DNA of 32,000 nt, taken from Candidatus Nitrosomarinus catalinensis. GTDB lineage: Archaea; Thermoproteota; Nitrososphaeria; Nitrososphaerales; Nitrosopumilaceae. The translations under genes were made by a program, and so were the position numbers. Below the pieces are notes generated by a model that saw nothing but the letters and a program-made list of their open reading frames with translations, ran no database searches and was not told the DNA's origin. Positions 22,407-30,460 of this stretch are shown here, piece by piece; position 1 is the stretch's first letter; each line of letters starts with the position of its first letter. The stretch lies in NCBI RefSeq assembly GCF_002156965.1, contig NZ_CP021324.1:126988-158987 (forward strand), read 5' to 3'.

Positions 22407-23705
22407 AAAAAATTAATTGTTTTAGATATTGTGGGTTTATCAAAAAAACAATATACTGAAATAAAACCTCAAAATATTTCTAAAATTTTAGAAATGGGTT
22501 CTGTTTCTTCGTTTAAACCTTCTTTTCCTGCAGTTACATGTAGTGTTCAAGCATCAATTTTTTCTGGAACTTATCCTTCTGAACATGGAATAATATCTAA
22601 TGGATACTATGACCAAATTTTGAAGCATGTGTCTTTTTGGGAACAATCATCTGATTTAGTAAATTCACCTAGAATTTGGGATACATTAAAAAAAAAATTA
22701 CCTGACTTCAAATCTGGATTGTTATTTTTACAAAATTCCCTTTATGCTAACTCTGATGTAGTAATCACTCCAAAACCTATTCACCTTGATGATAAAATGA
22801 TTATGTGGTGTTATTCTAAACCAGAAAATTTTTATGAAAAAATTAGTGAATCTATTGGTAATTTTGATCTTAAATCCTATTGGGGTCCATTTTCATCGAT
22901 ACAATCTAGTACTTGGATAATTAATTCAGCAAAAAAAACTATTGAGACTCATAAACCTGATCTTTTGATTATTTATCTTCCACACCTTGACTACACTTCT
23001 CAAAAATTTGGTCCTGACAGTGATGAATTCAAAGACAGTGTAATGGAATTAGATAATCTATTGGGTGATTTTTCACTCTTTTTGAATCAAGAATTTAATG
23101 ATGAATATGAAATTATTATTTTATCTGAGTATACTTTTAATTCAGTCAGTAAATCTATTTCCCCGAATTTAATCTTACGACAAGCTGGATTACTTTCTAC
23201 TAGAAGAATTGAAGGAAAAGATTACATCGATTATGAATTTAGTAAAGCATTTGCAATGGTTGATCATCAGATTGCTCATATTTACATTAATCCTGGTTAT
23301 GAGGATGAGGTTTATCAAATTCTAAAAAATAAAAATTTAGGAATAATTTTGGACTCAAAATTACAAAAGGAATTAAAAATCAATCATCAAAAAAGTGGAA
23401 ATTTAATTTTATGCGCTAATACTGATTCATGGTTCAATTATTATTGGTGGGATGATGTCAAATATGCACCTGATTTCACATTTTCTGTAGATATTCATAG
23501 AAAACCCGGTTATGATCCACTGGAATTATTTTTTGATTTTAAAACTAAACAAATATCCCATGATACTTCGTTAATAAAAGGCTCACATGGATTAATTCCA
23601 ACAGATGATAATCTACCTCTAATTGGAACTTCATTTAATTCGAATCTTGATAAAATAGTATCTGCTATAGACATAAAACAGTTAATTGAGAATTTTTTTA
23701 AATAA
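22407..23705 (+). CDS. Nucleotide pyrophosphatase/phosphodiesterase (NPP, alkaline-phosphatase superfamily, EboF-like)
   Basis: LIVLDIVGLS (metal Asp) is present. FPAVTCSVQASIFSGTYPSEHGIISN matches the NPP Thr-nucleophile motif, and YLPHLDY is present. The start is placed at ATG 22407 (MKKLIVLD), since TTG 22365 adds a 14-aa hydrophobic extension. Confidence 0.75.
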   Translation, partial: KKLIVLDIVGLSKKQYTEIKPQNISKILEMGSVSSFKPSFPAVTCSVQASIFSGTYPSEHGIISNGYYDQILKHVSFWEQSSDLVNSPRIWDTLKKKLPDFKSGLLFLQNSLYANSDVVITPKPIHLDDKMIMWCYSKPENFYEKISESIGNFDLKSYWGPFSSIQSSTWIINSAKKTIETHKPDLLIIYLPHLDYTSQKFGPDSDEFKDSVMELDNLLGDFSLFLNQEFNDEYEIIILSEYTFNSVSKSISPNLILRQAGLLSTRRIEGKDYIDYEFSKAFAMVDHQIAHIYINPGYEDEVYQILKNKNLGIILDSKLQKELKINHQKSGNLILCANTDSWFNYYWWDDVKYAPDFTFSVDIHRKPGYDPLELFFDFKTKQISHDTSLIKGSHGLIPTDDNLPLIGTSFNSNLDKIVSAIDIKQLIENFFK

Positions 23706-23708
23706 AAA

Positions 23709-24719
23709 TTATTTATTTGCAGTAATTATCACTTTAATTCTTTTTTTACCTTTTTTTGCAATTTTTATACCTTTTACTGCATCTTCAATTTTAAATTCAT
23801 GAGTGATAAATTTTTTTAATTTAATTTTATTTTTTGAAATAAAATTCATTGCATCAAAAAAATTATTATTTGTAGCAGAATAACTGGTAATTATTTTAAT
23901 TTCTTTAGAATAAATTAACGACATGTCTAATTTGATTATTGAATTTTCTCTAGGTTCTCCAAAAAATAATATTGTTCCACCTTTTCTTAATACATTTACA
24001 GCTACATTAACGCATGTTATATCGTGATTTGCAATTATACATAAATCAATTTTTTCATTATATTTTTTAAATTCTGTATTTTTAAAATTTAAAAAATTCT
24101 TGCCTAATTTTTCATTTTTTCCAAATTTTTTTCTAAAATCATCATTATCAACAATTGTTGTTTTAAGTCCATTTTGCTTAGCAATTATTGAATGAAAAAT
24201 TCCTATTAATCCAAACCCAAATATCATTATTGAATCATTTCTTTGTACATGAATTTTTTTCCATGCTCTTAAACAACATGCTAAAGGTTCTATCAGAGTT
24301 GCTTCATTAAACGACATTTTTTCTGGAATTTTAAAAATTCCCTTTTTTTGAATTATCCAATTTGAAATTTTAAATTTTTCTGCTAATCCACACGGATTAA
24401 TTTCTTCAGTAAATTTTTCACACATTGTTTCATTTCCATGTAAACAATAATGACAATTTTCACATGGACAATGATGATTGATAATTATTTTCTCTCCTAT
24501 TTGATAATCTTTAATTTTTTTACCAATTTGTGAGACTATTCCTGAAATTTCATGACCTATTTTATGAGTAGGTTTTGATGATTTTTCAAAAATATTTCCA
24601 ATATCTGAACCACAAATACCACATGCTTTTAATTTGACAATAATTTCATCTTCTCCACAAGTTTCTTCTTTATGATTTTCTATTACTGGTACTTTTGCTT
24701 TGATTGAAACTACTTTCAT
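23709..24719 (-). CDS. Zinc-dependent medium-chain alcohol/polyol dehydrogenase
   Basis: ACGICGSD and GHEISG are catalytic zinc motifs. CPCENCHYCLHGNETMC is the structural zinc lobe. A Rossmann motif (FGFGLIG) is present. Confidence 0.85.
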   Translation of the reverse strand: MKVVSIKAKVPVIENHKEETCGEDEIIVKLKACGICGSDIGNIFEKSSKPTHKIGHEISGIVSQIGKKIKDYQIGEKIIINHHCPCENCHYCLHGNETMCEKFTEEINPCGLAEKFKISNWIIQKKGIFKIPEKMSFNEATLIEPLACCLRAWKKIHVQRNDSIMIFGFGLIGIFHSIIAKQNGLKTTIVDNDDFRKKFGKNEKLGKNFLNFKNTEFKKYNEKIDLCIIANHDITCVNVAVNVLRKGGTILFFGEPRENSIIKLDMSLIYSKEIKIITSYSATNNNFFDAMNFISKNKIKLKKFITHEFKIEDAVKGIKIAKKGKKRIKVIITANK

Positions 24720-24763
24720 AATTTAATTCCTAATTGCTTGTATAAATTCTCAATTCATCTAAT

Positions 24764-25411
24764 TTAAAATATATAATTTGAGTTTGCACCATCAAAATTT
24801 ATTGTTACACCTGAAAGATATTTGATATCGTTTTCAATAATTGCTTTCACAAAATTTCCAATCTCTTCAGGTTTTCCAAGTCTTTTCATTGGTAATGTTT
24901 TCTCAAATTCCTCTACATTTTCAATAAGCTCTTGAGTTCTATCTGTGTTAATTGGTCCTGGTGCAATATTGATACAACTAATATTATTTTGAGCATATTC
25001 TTTACTCAAAACTTTGAAAACTTCTGAAAATGCTGCTCTATATGCTGACGAAATAATTAATTTTTCATTTGGTTCTTTTATTACATTTGAGCTAATCAAA
25101 AATATGTATCCTCCATCATTTAGTTTGATATTTTGTAATATGGTAACAAATCCTAGAAATAATTGATTGTGATACTTATTCCAATCTTCTTCAGTAACTG
25201 TTGAAAATGGTTTTGGTTTTGGACCTCCGGTATTTAGAATTAAGATATCTGTTTCATTATTTATTTTCAAAAATTCTTTGACACTATTCAAATTTGATGT
25301 ATCGATATCTTTTTGAGAAGTTGCAAAAACATCAATATCTATTGTTTTTAAAGAATCTGAAATTGCTTTTCCAATCCCACGAGAACCACCCAAAACTATT
25401 GCTTTAGTCAT
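24764..25411 (-). CDS. Short-chain dehydrogenase/reductase (SDR), atypical active-site motif
   Basis: GGSRGIG is the TGxxxGIG-type motif, with LNTGG and NIAPGPINTD also present. The expected S...YxxxK reads SSAYRAAF, with no Lys at +4. Confidence 0.75.
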   Translation of the reverse strand: MTKAIVLGGSRGIGKAISDSLKTIDIDVFATSQKDIDTSNLNSVKEFLKINNETDILILNTGGPKPKPFSTVTEEDWNKYHNQLFLGFVTILQNIKLNDGGYIFLISSNVIKEPNEKLIISSAYRAAFSEVFKVLSKEYAQNNISCINIAPGPINTDRTQELIENVEEFEKTLPMKRLGKPEEIGNFVKAIIENDIKYLSGVTINFDGANSNYIF

Positions 25412-25459
25412 AATATTACAAAAATTTTAGTCATAATTAAATTTCATTATTGCACAAAA

Positions 25460-25621
25460 TTAGAATTTTGAGGCCTTAGAAAAAGTTGGAACATATTTTT
25501 CATCCTTATTTACAAATATTTTCAAATGCTTTTTACACAAATTTCTATTCTCTTTAAAACTAATTTTAACAGTTTGTATGGCTTTTTCTTTACATTCTGA
25601 AATACTGCACTGCAATATCAA
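25460..25621 (-). CDS. Candidate small Cys-rich ORF (53 aa, possible zinc-binding), not in the supplied track
   Basis: Hand translation gives (TTG)ILQCSISECKEKAIQTVKISFKENRNLCKKHLKIFVNKDEKYVPTFSKASKF*. The pattern is C-x4-C...C-x2-H. Only TTG starts are available. It lies in a 294-nt gap upstream of the SDR gene on the same strand. Confidence 0.2.
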   Translation of the reverse strand: MILQCSISECKEKAIQTVKISFKENRNLCKKHLKIFVNKDEKYVPTFSKASKF

Positions 25622-25705
25622 AAATTAATGGTATTTGTTAATAAAACTTTGAAATAATGTAATTACCTTACTAACTTTTTTATCGCTGTAATTCATTGAA
25701 AAATT

Positions 25706-25915
25706 ATGAATGATGATGAAAAAGGAAAAGAATTTCTAAAATTAATAGATGAACAAAATACATTACAATGGAATATTGTTGCCAAATTATCCTCTTTAAT
25801 TAAATCTGAATGGAATTCTCCAGAATTAAAAACTGAAGTTGAAAATTTGGTTAAAGATCATTATAAAATTACAAAGGATCTCAATAGCTTAGACAATAAT
25901 GACAGTATCTTATAA
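25706..25915 (+). CDS. Small hypothetical protein (69 aa, acidic, helical)
   Basis: It has an ATG start and sits in otherwise non-coding space. It overlaps the 3' end of ctaB by 6 nt in convergent orientation. No recognisable family. Confidence 0.35.
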   Translation: MNDDEKGKEFLKLIDEQNTLQWNIVAKLSSLIKSEWNSPELKTEVENLVKDHYKITKDLNSLDNNDSIL

Positions 25916-26851
25916 TGCAGAGTCTACCATTAATGCAATAAATAATACAGCCAAATATGGACTTGAAAACTTAAACAATGTCCATGCAGCTGTCTCCATT
26001 GGTTTTACTGTAACCCAAACTGATAATCCTAACATTAGTGCTCCTGATGCAATTGCAGTCCACAAATAAACATCACCTACCATATTTTCACCATTTTCAG
26101 TTGTGATGAAAAATGGTGCAATTGAAAATAATACCATGACAACTGTTGATAATGCAATAGCTCTTGCTGATGTTTTTTCTGATTGTACTGCAGTTAACAT
26201 TGGAACATTTACTTTGTTATAATCTTCTTTGAAATGTAATGTTAAAGCCCAAATATGCATTGGAATCCAAATAAACACTAATCCAGCCATTGCAAGACCC
26301 ATTGTCCATAAATCTGACATAGTTACTGCTACCCAACCAATCATTGGAGGCGAACCTCCACATAGTCCTCCTAAAATAATATTGGTTCTAGAATTTCGTT
26401 TTAGCACATATGAATAAACAATAATGTTGTTTACTAATGCAAATGCAATGAAAATTGTTGCCCATATTCCTTGCTCTAATGTTGTAGTAAATGAAATTGC
26501 AAAAGCCAATACCAATGATATGCCTGCCAATGCCAATCCAAAATTTCTTGCTTTAACTGCAGGGTAAATTCTCTTTGATGGAAGGGGTCTATCTTTTGTT
26601 CTTTCCATGATTGCATCAATATCTCTATCGTGATAGTTTGTCAAAGTATTAGCTGCTGCAGAACCTGCTGCAACTGAAAATAACATTAATGCCCAAGTCT
26701 CAATTGAAATTGGAATATTGTAAATATTTGATGCTGTCAATGCTGCACCAAATGCAGTAAATACCAGTAGATACCAAATTTTTGGTTTTGTTAATTCATA
26801 ATAAACTGCGACTCTTGAACCAGTTGTCTGTTCTTGCAATGTATTATTCAC
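25910..26851 (-). CDS. ctaB: Protoheme IX farnesyltransferase (heme O synthase)
   Basis: It is a UbiA-family membrane protein with NYHDRDIDAIMERTKDRPLPS (motif 1) and FKEDYNKVNVPML (the CtaB-type second motif). The GTG start overlaps the Lrp stop. Confidence 0.85.
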   Translation of the reverse strand: MNNTLQEQTTGSRVAVYYELTKPKIWYLLVFTAFGAALTASNIYNIPISIETWALMLFSVAAGSAAANTLTNYHDRDIDAIMERTKDRPLPSKRIYPAVKARNFGLALAGISLVLAFAISFTTTLEQGIWATIFIAFALVNNIIVYSYVLKRNSRTNIILGGLCGGSPPMIGWVAVTMSDLWTMGLAMAGLVFIWIPMHIWALTLHFKEDYNKVNVPMLTAVQSEKTSARAIALSTVVMVLFSIAPFFITTENGENMVGDVYLWTAIASGALMLGLSVWVTVKPMETAAWTLFKFSSPYLAVLFIALMVDSAL

Positions 26852-27311
26852 CAGTATTTGATGGCATATATGGCATTGCTTTCGTTCGTGATTTCATCTC
26901 GATAAATGACTCTGATGATTGAATTCCTTCAACCCTTCCAATTTTCTCTGAAACCATTTTGTGCATTTGATCCAATGATCTTGAATACATTGTTACTAAA
27001 ATGTCAAATCTACCTGTAACTTCTGCAACTTCTCTAACTCCATCAATTTTGAATAATTGTTCAATAACATTATCTCTTTGTTTGGTATCGATATTAATTC
27101 CAGTTAATGCTTTTACTTCATAACCTAATTCTGCATCATTAACATCTATGGTAAAACGTTCAATCAATTTTCTTTTTACTAATCTTTTGATTCTTGAATA
27201 CACTACTGATGAGTTAACATCTATTTTTTTTGATAATCGTGGAACTGAAATTGAAGCATCATTTGATAATTCTGATAATATCTGTAAGTCTAAATCATCA
27301 ACTTTTGTCGT
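26844..27311 (-). CDS. Lrp/AsnC-family transcriptional regulator (HTH plus RAM/ACT-like domain); the annotated start is too short and the true start is non-canonical or mutated
   Basis: The track ORF (GTG 27203) lacks the HTH. The frame stays open upstream to 27311 and encodes TTKVDDLDLQILSELSNDASISVPRLSKKIDVNSSVVYSRIKRL, a complete Lrp HTH. The first codon after the in-frame TAG (27314-27312) is ACG (27311-27309). No ATG, GTG or TTG occurs in that extension. Confidence 0.7.
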   Translation of the reverse strand, partial: TTKVDDLDLQILSELSNDASISVPRLSKKIDVNSSVVYSRIKRLVKRKLIERFTIDVNDAELGYEVKALTGINIDTKQRDNVIEQLFKIDGVREVAEVTGRFDILVTMYSRSLDQMHKMVSEKIGRVEGIQSSESFIEMKSRTKAMPYMPSNTGE

Positions 27312-27381
27312 CTAAAACACCTAAACCGATGTGGATTTCTGGTTCTTATAAAGTTATTATTGTAAAAATTACAATTAATTT

Positions 27382-28458
27382 CTAAATTTTACCTTTTTTG
27401 TATAACATTTCTGCTAAAAGAACAGCTCCTTTTGCAGAACCCATTTTCTTGTTGTGTGAAAATAGCATGTATTTCAAACCATTATCAAATAATTCTTCTT
27501 TTTCAACTCTTCCAATTGTTGTAGTCATTCCATCACCTACAGTTCTTTCCATTCTAGGTTGTGGCCTTGTTGGATCTTCGTGAAATGCATAGTAATCTTT
27601 AGGAGCAGAAGGTAATCCTAATACTGAGATGTCTTTGTTACTTTGATTGTAAGTTTCTTTAGCTTTTGAAGGATCAATTTCTTTTGTTGTTTCTACAAAA
27701 ACTGATTCAGTATGACCATCAATTACTGGAACTCTAGTGCAAGTACAACTAATTCTAATATCTGCATCTATGATTTTACCATCAACTAGTTTTCCTAAAA
27801 TTTTTCTCGTTTCTAATCTAACTTTTCCTTCTTCTTTTGGAATATATGGTAAAATGTTATCTGTAATTCCCATTGCTGAAACACCTGATTTTCCTCCACC
27901 AGAAATTGCTTGCATTGAAGTCATCATAACTTTTTTTGCTCCATATTGTTCAAGTAGTGGTTTTAGTGTAATTGCTAATCCTGTAGTGGTACAATTTGGT
28001 AGTGGTGCCACAAATCCTTTCCAGTTACGATTTTTCTTTTGAGTCTCTAATAATTCAGTTTGTTCATCGTTAATTCCTGGAATGAGAATTGGAACATCAT
28101 CTTCGTATCTATATGCAGAGCTAGTTGAAACTACTGGTAATTCTGCTGCCATTTTAGTCTCAATGTCTATTGCAGCTTGTGATTCTACTGCTGAGAATAC
28201 CAAGTCTAATTGTGATGTATCTAATTCGTCCACTTTCTTAACCGTCATTGATTTGATATATTCTGGGATTTCTCCGCCTACATCCCACATGATAATTCCT
28301 CCTTCATTTCTAATAGCCTCAAGATAATTTTTACCTGCAGAACGTTCTGAAGCTGCAATTTGAGTCACCTCAAACCATGGATGATCATTTAATGATTGTA
28401 CAAATTCTTGACCTACTGAACCTGTAACCCCTATAATTGCAACTTTTTTCTTCTCCAT
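27382..28458 (-). CDS. asd: Aspartate-semialdehyde dehydrogenase (archaeal type)
   Basis: KVAIIGVTGSVGQEF is the Rossmann motif and PNCTTTGL holds the active-site Cys. A C-terminal dimerisation domain is present. The start is placed at MEKKKVAIIG (28458) rather than 28482. Confidence 0.85.
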   Translation of the reverse strand: MEKKKVAIIGVTGSVGQEFVQSLNDHPWFEVTQIAASERSAGKNYLEAIRNEGGIIMWDVGGEIPEYIKSMTVKKVDELDTSQLDLVFSAVESQAAIDIETKMAAELPVVSTSSAYRYEDDVPILIPGINDEQTELLETQKKNRNWKGFVAPLPNCTTTGLAITLKPLLEQYGAKKVMMTSMQAISGGGKSGVSAMGITDNILPYIPKEEGKVRLETRKILGKLVDGKIIDADIRISCTCTRVPVIDGHTESVFVETTKEIDPSKAKETYNQSNKDISVLGLPSAPKDYYAFHEDPTRPQPRMERTVGDGMTTTIGRVEKEELFDNGLKYMLFSHNKKMGSAKGAVLLAEMLYKKGKI

Positions 28459-28541
28459 AATGTGAAAATAGATCTGTTTCAATTAATAATCGTTTATAGA
28501 ATTACCAAAACATACTAAATTAGCCAATTCTATTTTGAACT
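28459..28541. promoter_or_regulatory. Divergent promoter region between asd (-) and the cobalamin operon (+)
   Basis: An 83-nt A/T-rich gap holds CGTTTATAGAAT (TATA-like on both strands) at about 28491-28502. Confidence 0.25.
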
Positions 28542-29624
28542 GTGAAAATAAACACAAAATCATCTATTCGTAGACATTCTCCTGTAATTCATGGAGGAAA
28601 AATTCCTTCAAAAAATAGCGATCAGATAATTATTGATTTTAGTTCAAATATTACTCCTTTAGGAATTCCAAATTCCGTAAAATCAATAATTAAAAAAAAT
28701 TTGGATAAAGTTCAATTTTATCCAGATCCATATTCAGAAACTGTAATTTCAAGTTTAGAAAAATATACTCATTTATCTAAATCAAATATTATTGTTGGAA
28801 ATGGTGCAATTGAAATCCTCTATAATTTTTGTTATGCATTTTTATCAAAAACAACTAAAGTATTAATTCACGTTCCAACATTTCAAGAATATGAAACAGC
28901 AGTCAAACTAAATGACTGTAAAATTTCATATTTTAAATCATTAAATCTGTCTACTGACATAGATTCATTTATTTCACAAATTCCAAAAAATGGATGCATT
29001 TTTTTATGTAATCCTAACAATCCTACTGGAGAATTACTATCAAAAAAAGAATTATTGTCTATAATTCTTAAAGCAAAAAAATTAAAAACTTTAGTTTTCA
29101 TTGATGAATGTTTTATTGAATTAGTTCCTGATTCCAATGAATCTGTAATATCATATGTAAAAAAATATGATAATCTTTTCATCCTAAGATCTTTAACTAA
29201 ATCATTTGGTTTGCCTGGAATAAGAATTGGATATGCTTGTGGTTCTAAAGAAATAATTAAAATCTTACAAAAAATAAAAATCCCATGGAGTGTAAATTCT
29301 TTGGCACAAGATGCTGCAAATGAAGTAATTAAAAATAAATCTCATATCAATAAATCTAATTTAATAATTAAAAAAGAATTAAAATATTTGAATAATTCAA
29401 TTTCTTCTATTAACGGATTTGAATGTATTCCATCTTCGACTAATTTTATTTTAATTAAAACAAAATATAATTCGACAAAATTACAAACAAAATTATTAAA
29501 AAATAAAATTTTAATTCGTGATTGTAAAAATTTTAGAGGATTAGATGAACATTATATTCGAATAGCAGTAAAATCCCATAAAGATAATGTCAAATTAGTT
29601 TCTGCATTGGAGAAGATTAAATGA
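28542..29624 (+). CDS. cobD: Class I/II aminotransferase-fold L-threonine-O-3-phosphate decarboxylase (CobD/CobC type)
   Basis: The N-terminal HGG motif (VIHGGKI) is present. LRSLTKSFGLPGIRIGY holds the PLP lysine, and CNPNNPTG is present. It is operonic with cobQ/cbiB/cobS. The start is GTG. Confidence 0.75.
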   Translation: MKINTKSSIRRHSPVIHGGKIPSKNSDQIIIDFSSNITPLGIPNSVKSIIKKNLDKVQFYPDPYSETVISSLEKYTHLSKSNIIVGNGAIEILYNFCYAFLSKTTKVLIHVPTFQEYETAVKLNDCKISYFKSLNLSTDIDSFISQIPKNGCIFLCNPNNPTGELLSKKELLSIILKAKKLKTLVFIDECFIELVPDSNESVISYVKKYDNLFILRSLTKSFGLPGIRIGYACGSKEIIKILQKIKIPWSVNSLAQDAANEVIKNKSHINKSNLIIKKELKYLNNSISSINGFECIPSSTNFILIKTKYNSTKLQTKLLKNKILIRDCKNFRGLDEHYIRIAVKSHKDNVKLVSALEKIK

Positions 29625-30460
29625 AATCATTAATGATTCAAGGAACTTCTTCAGGTGCTGGAAAAACAACATTAGTTGCTGCCTTGTGTAGAATCTTCTC
29701 AGACAAAGGCTATCGAGTTGCTCCATTCAAATCTCAAAATATGTCTAATTTTGGATATATTACACCAGATTTTGAAATTTCTCGTGCTCAAGTGATTCAA
29801 GCTTTTGGTGCACGTTGTAATATTACACCAGATTTGAATCCAATTTTATTAAAACCAGTTGGAAATTATTCTAGTGTTGTTTATTTGAATGGCAAGCGAT
29901 TTAAAAAAATGCATGCAAAAGAATACTATGAAAAGTTTGTAAATTCTGAAGGTATGAAATTAGCCTCAAAATCTTTAAAGACTTTACAAAAAGATTTTGA
30001 TTTGGTAATTATGGAAGGTGCAGGTTCACCTGCAGAAATTAATTTACAAAAATATGATATTGCAAATATGAAAATGGCTAAAAAAGCAAATGCAAATGTG
30101 TTGTTAGTAACTGACATTGATAAAGGAGGTTCTTTTGCAAGTTTAGCTGGAACAATGGCTCTCATTGAAAAAAAATATCAAAAATTAGTTAAAGGCTTTA
30201 TTTTTAATAAATTTCGTGGAGACATTGATGTTTTAAAACCTGGTTTTAAAAAATTAAAAACCATTACACAGGTTCCTGTAATTGGAACAATTCCATTAAT
30301 CCCACTTAACTTACCTGAAGAGGATTCTCTTAATTCAAATCCTAAAGATATTGTTTGGAATAAAAAAAATATACAAAAAATTGATAACGAACTGAACAAA
30401 TTATCAAAAATTGTTAAATCAAATATTGATATTAATTCAATTGAGAAAATGTTACAATGA
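29621..30460 (+). CDS. cobQ: Cobyric acid synthase CobQ/CbiP, synthetase (ATP-binding) domain only; glutamine amidotransferase domain absent
   Basis: MIQGTSSGAGKTTLVAALCRIF..GYRVAPFKSQNMS...SRAQVIQA..., EGAGSPAEINL, TDIDKGGSFA and NKFRGD are present. The protein ends at 279 aa, after the PEEDS loop and a short conserved tail (NIDINSIEKML). The start is an ATGA overlap with cobD. Confidence 0.8.
   Translation: MKSLMIQGTSSGAGKTTLVAALCRIFSDKGYRVAPFKSQNMSNFGYITPDFEISRAQVIQAFGARCNITPDLNPILLKPVGNYSSVVYLNGKRFKKMHAKEYYEKFVNSEGMKLASKSLKTLQKDFDLVIMEGAGSPAEINLQKYDIANMKMAKKANANVLLVTDIDKGGSFASLAGTMALIEKKYQKLVKGFIFNKFRGDIDVLKPGFKKLKTITQVPVIGTIPLIPLNLPEEDSLNSNPKDIVWNKKNIQKIDNELNKLSKIVKSNIDINSIEKMLQ

Noticed and set aside
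27382-28482. Asd homologue as the unidentified malonyl-/succinyl-CoA reductase of the thaumarchaeal 3HP/4HB cycle (in Sulfolobales that enzyme is an Asd paralogue)
   Set aside because: Only sequence family membership is visible. Nothing in the window separates it from a housekeeping Asd, and the organism needs one for Thr/Met/Lys synthesis. It cannot be supported from this sequence.
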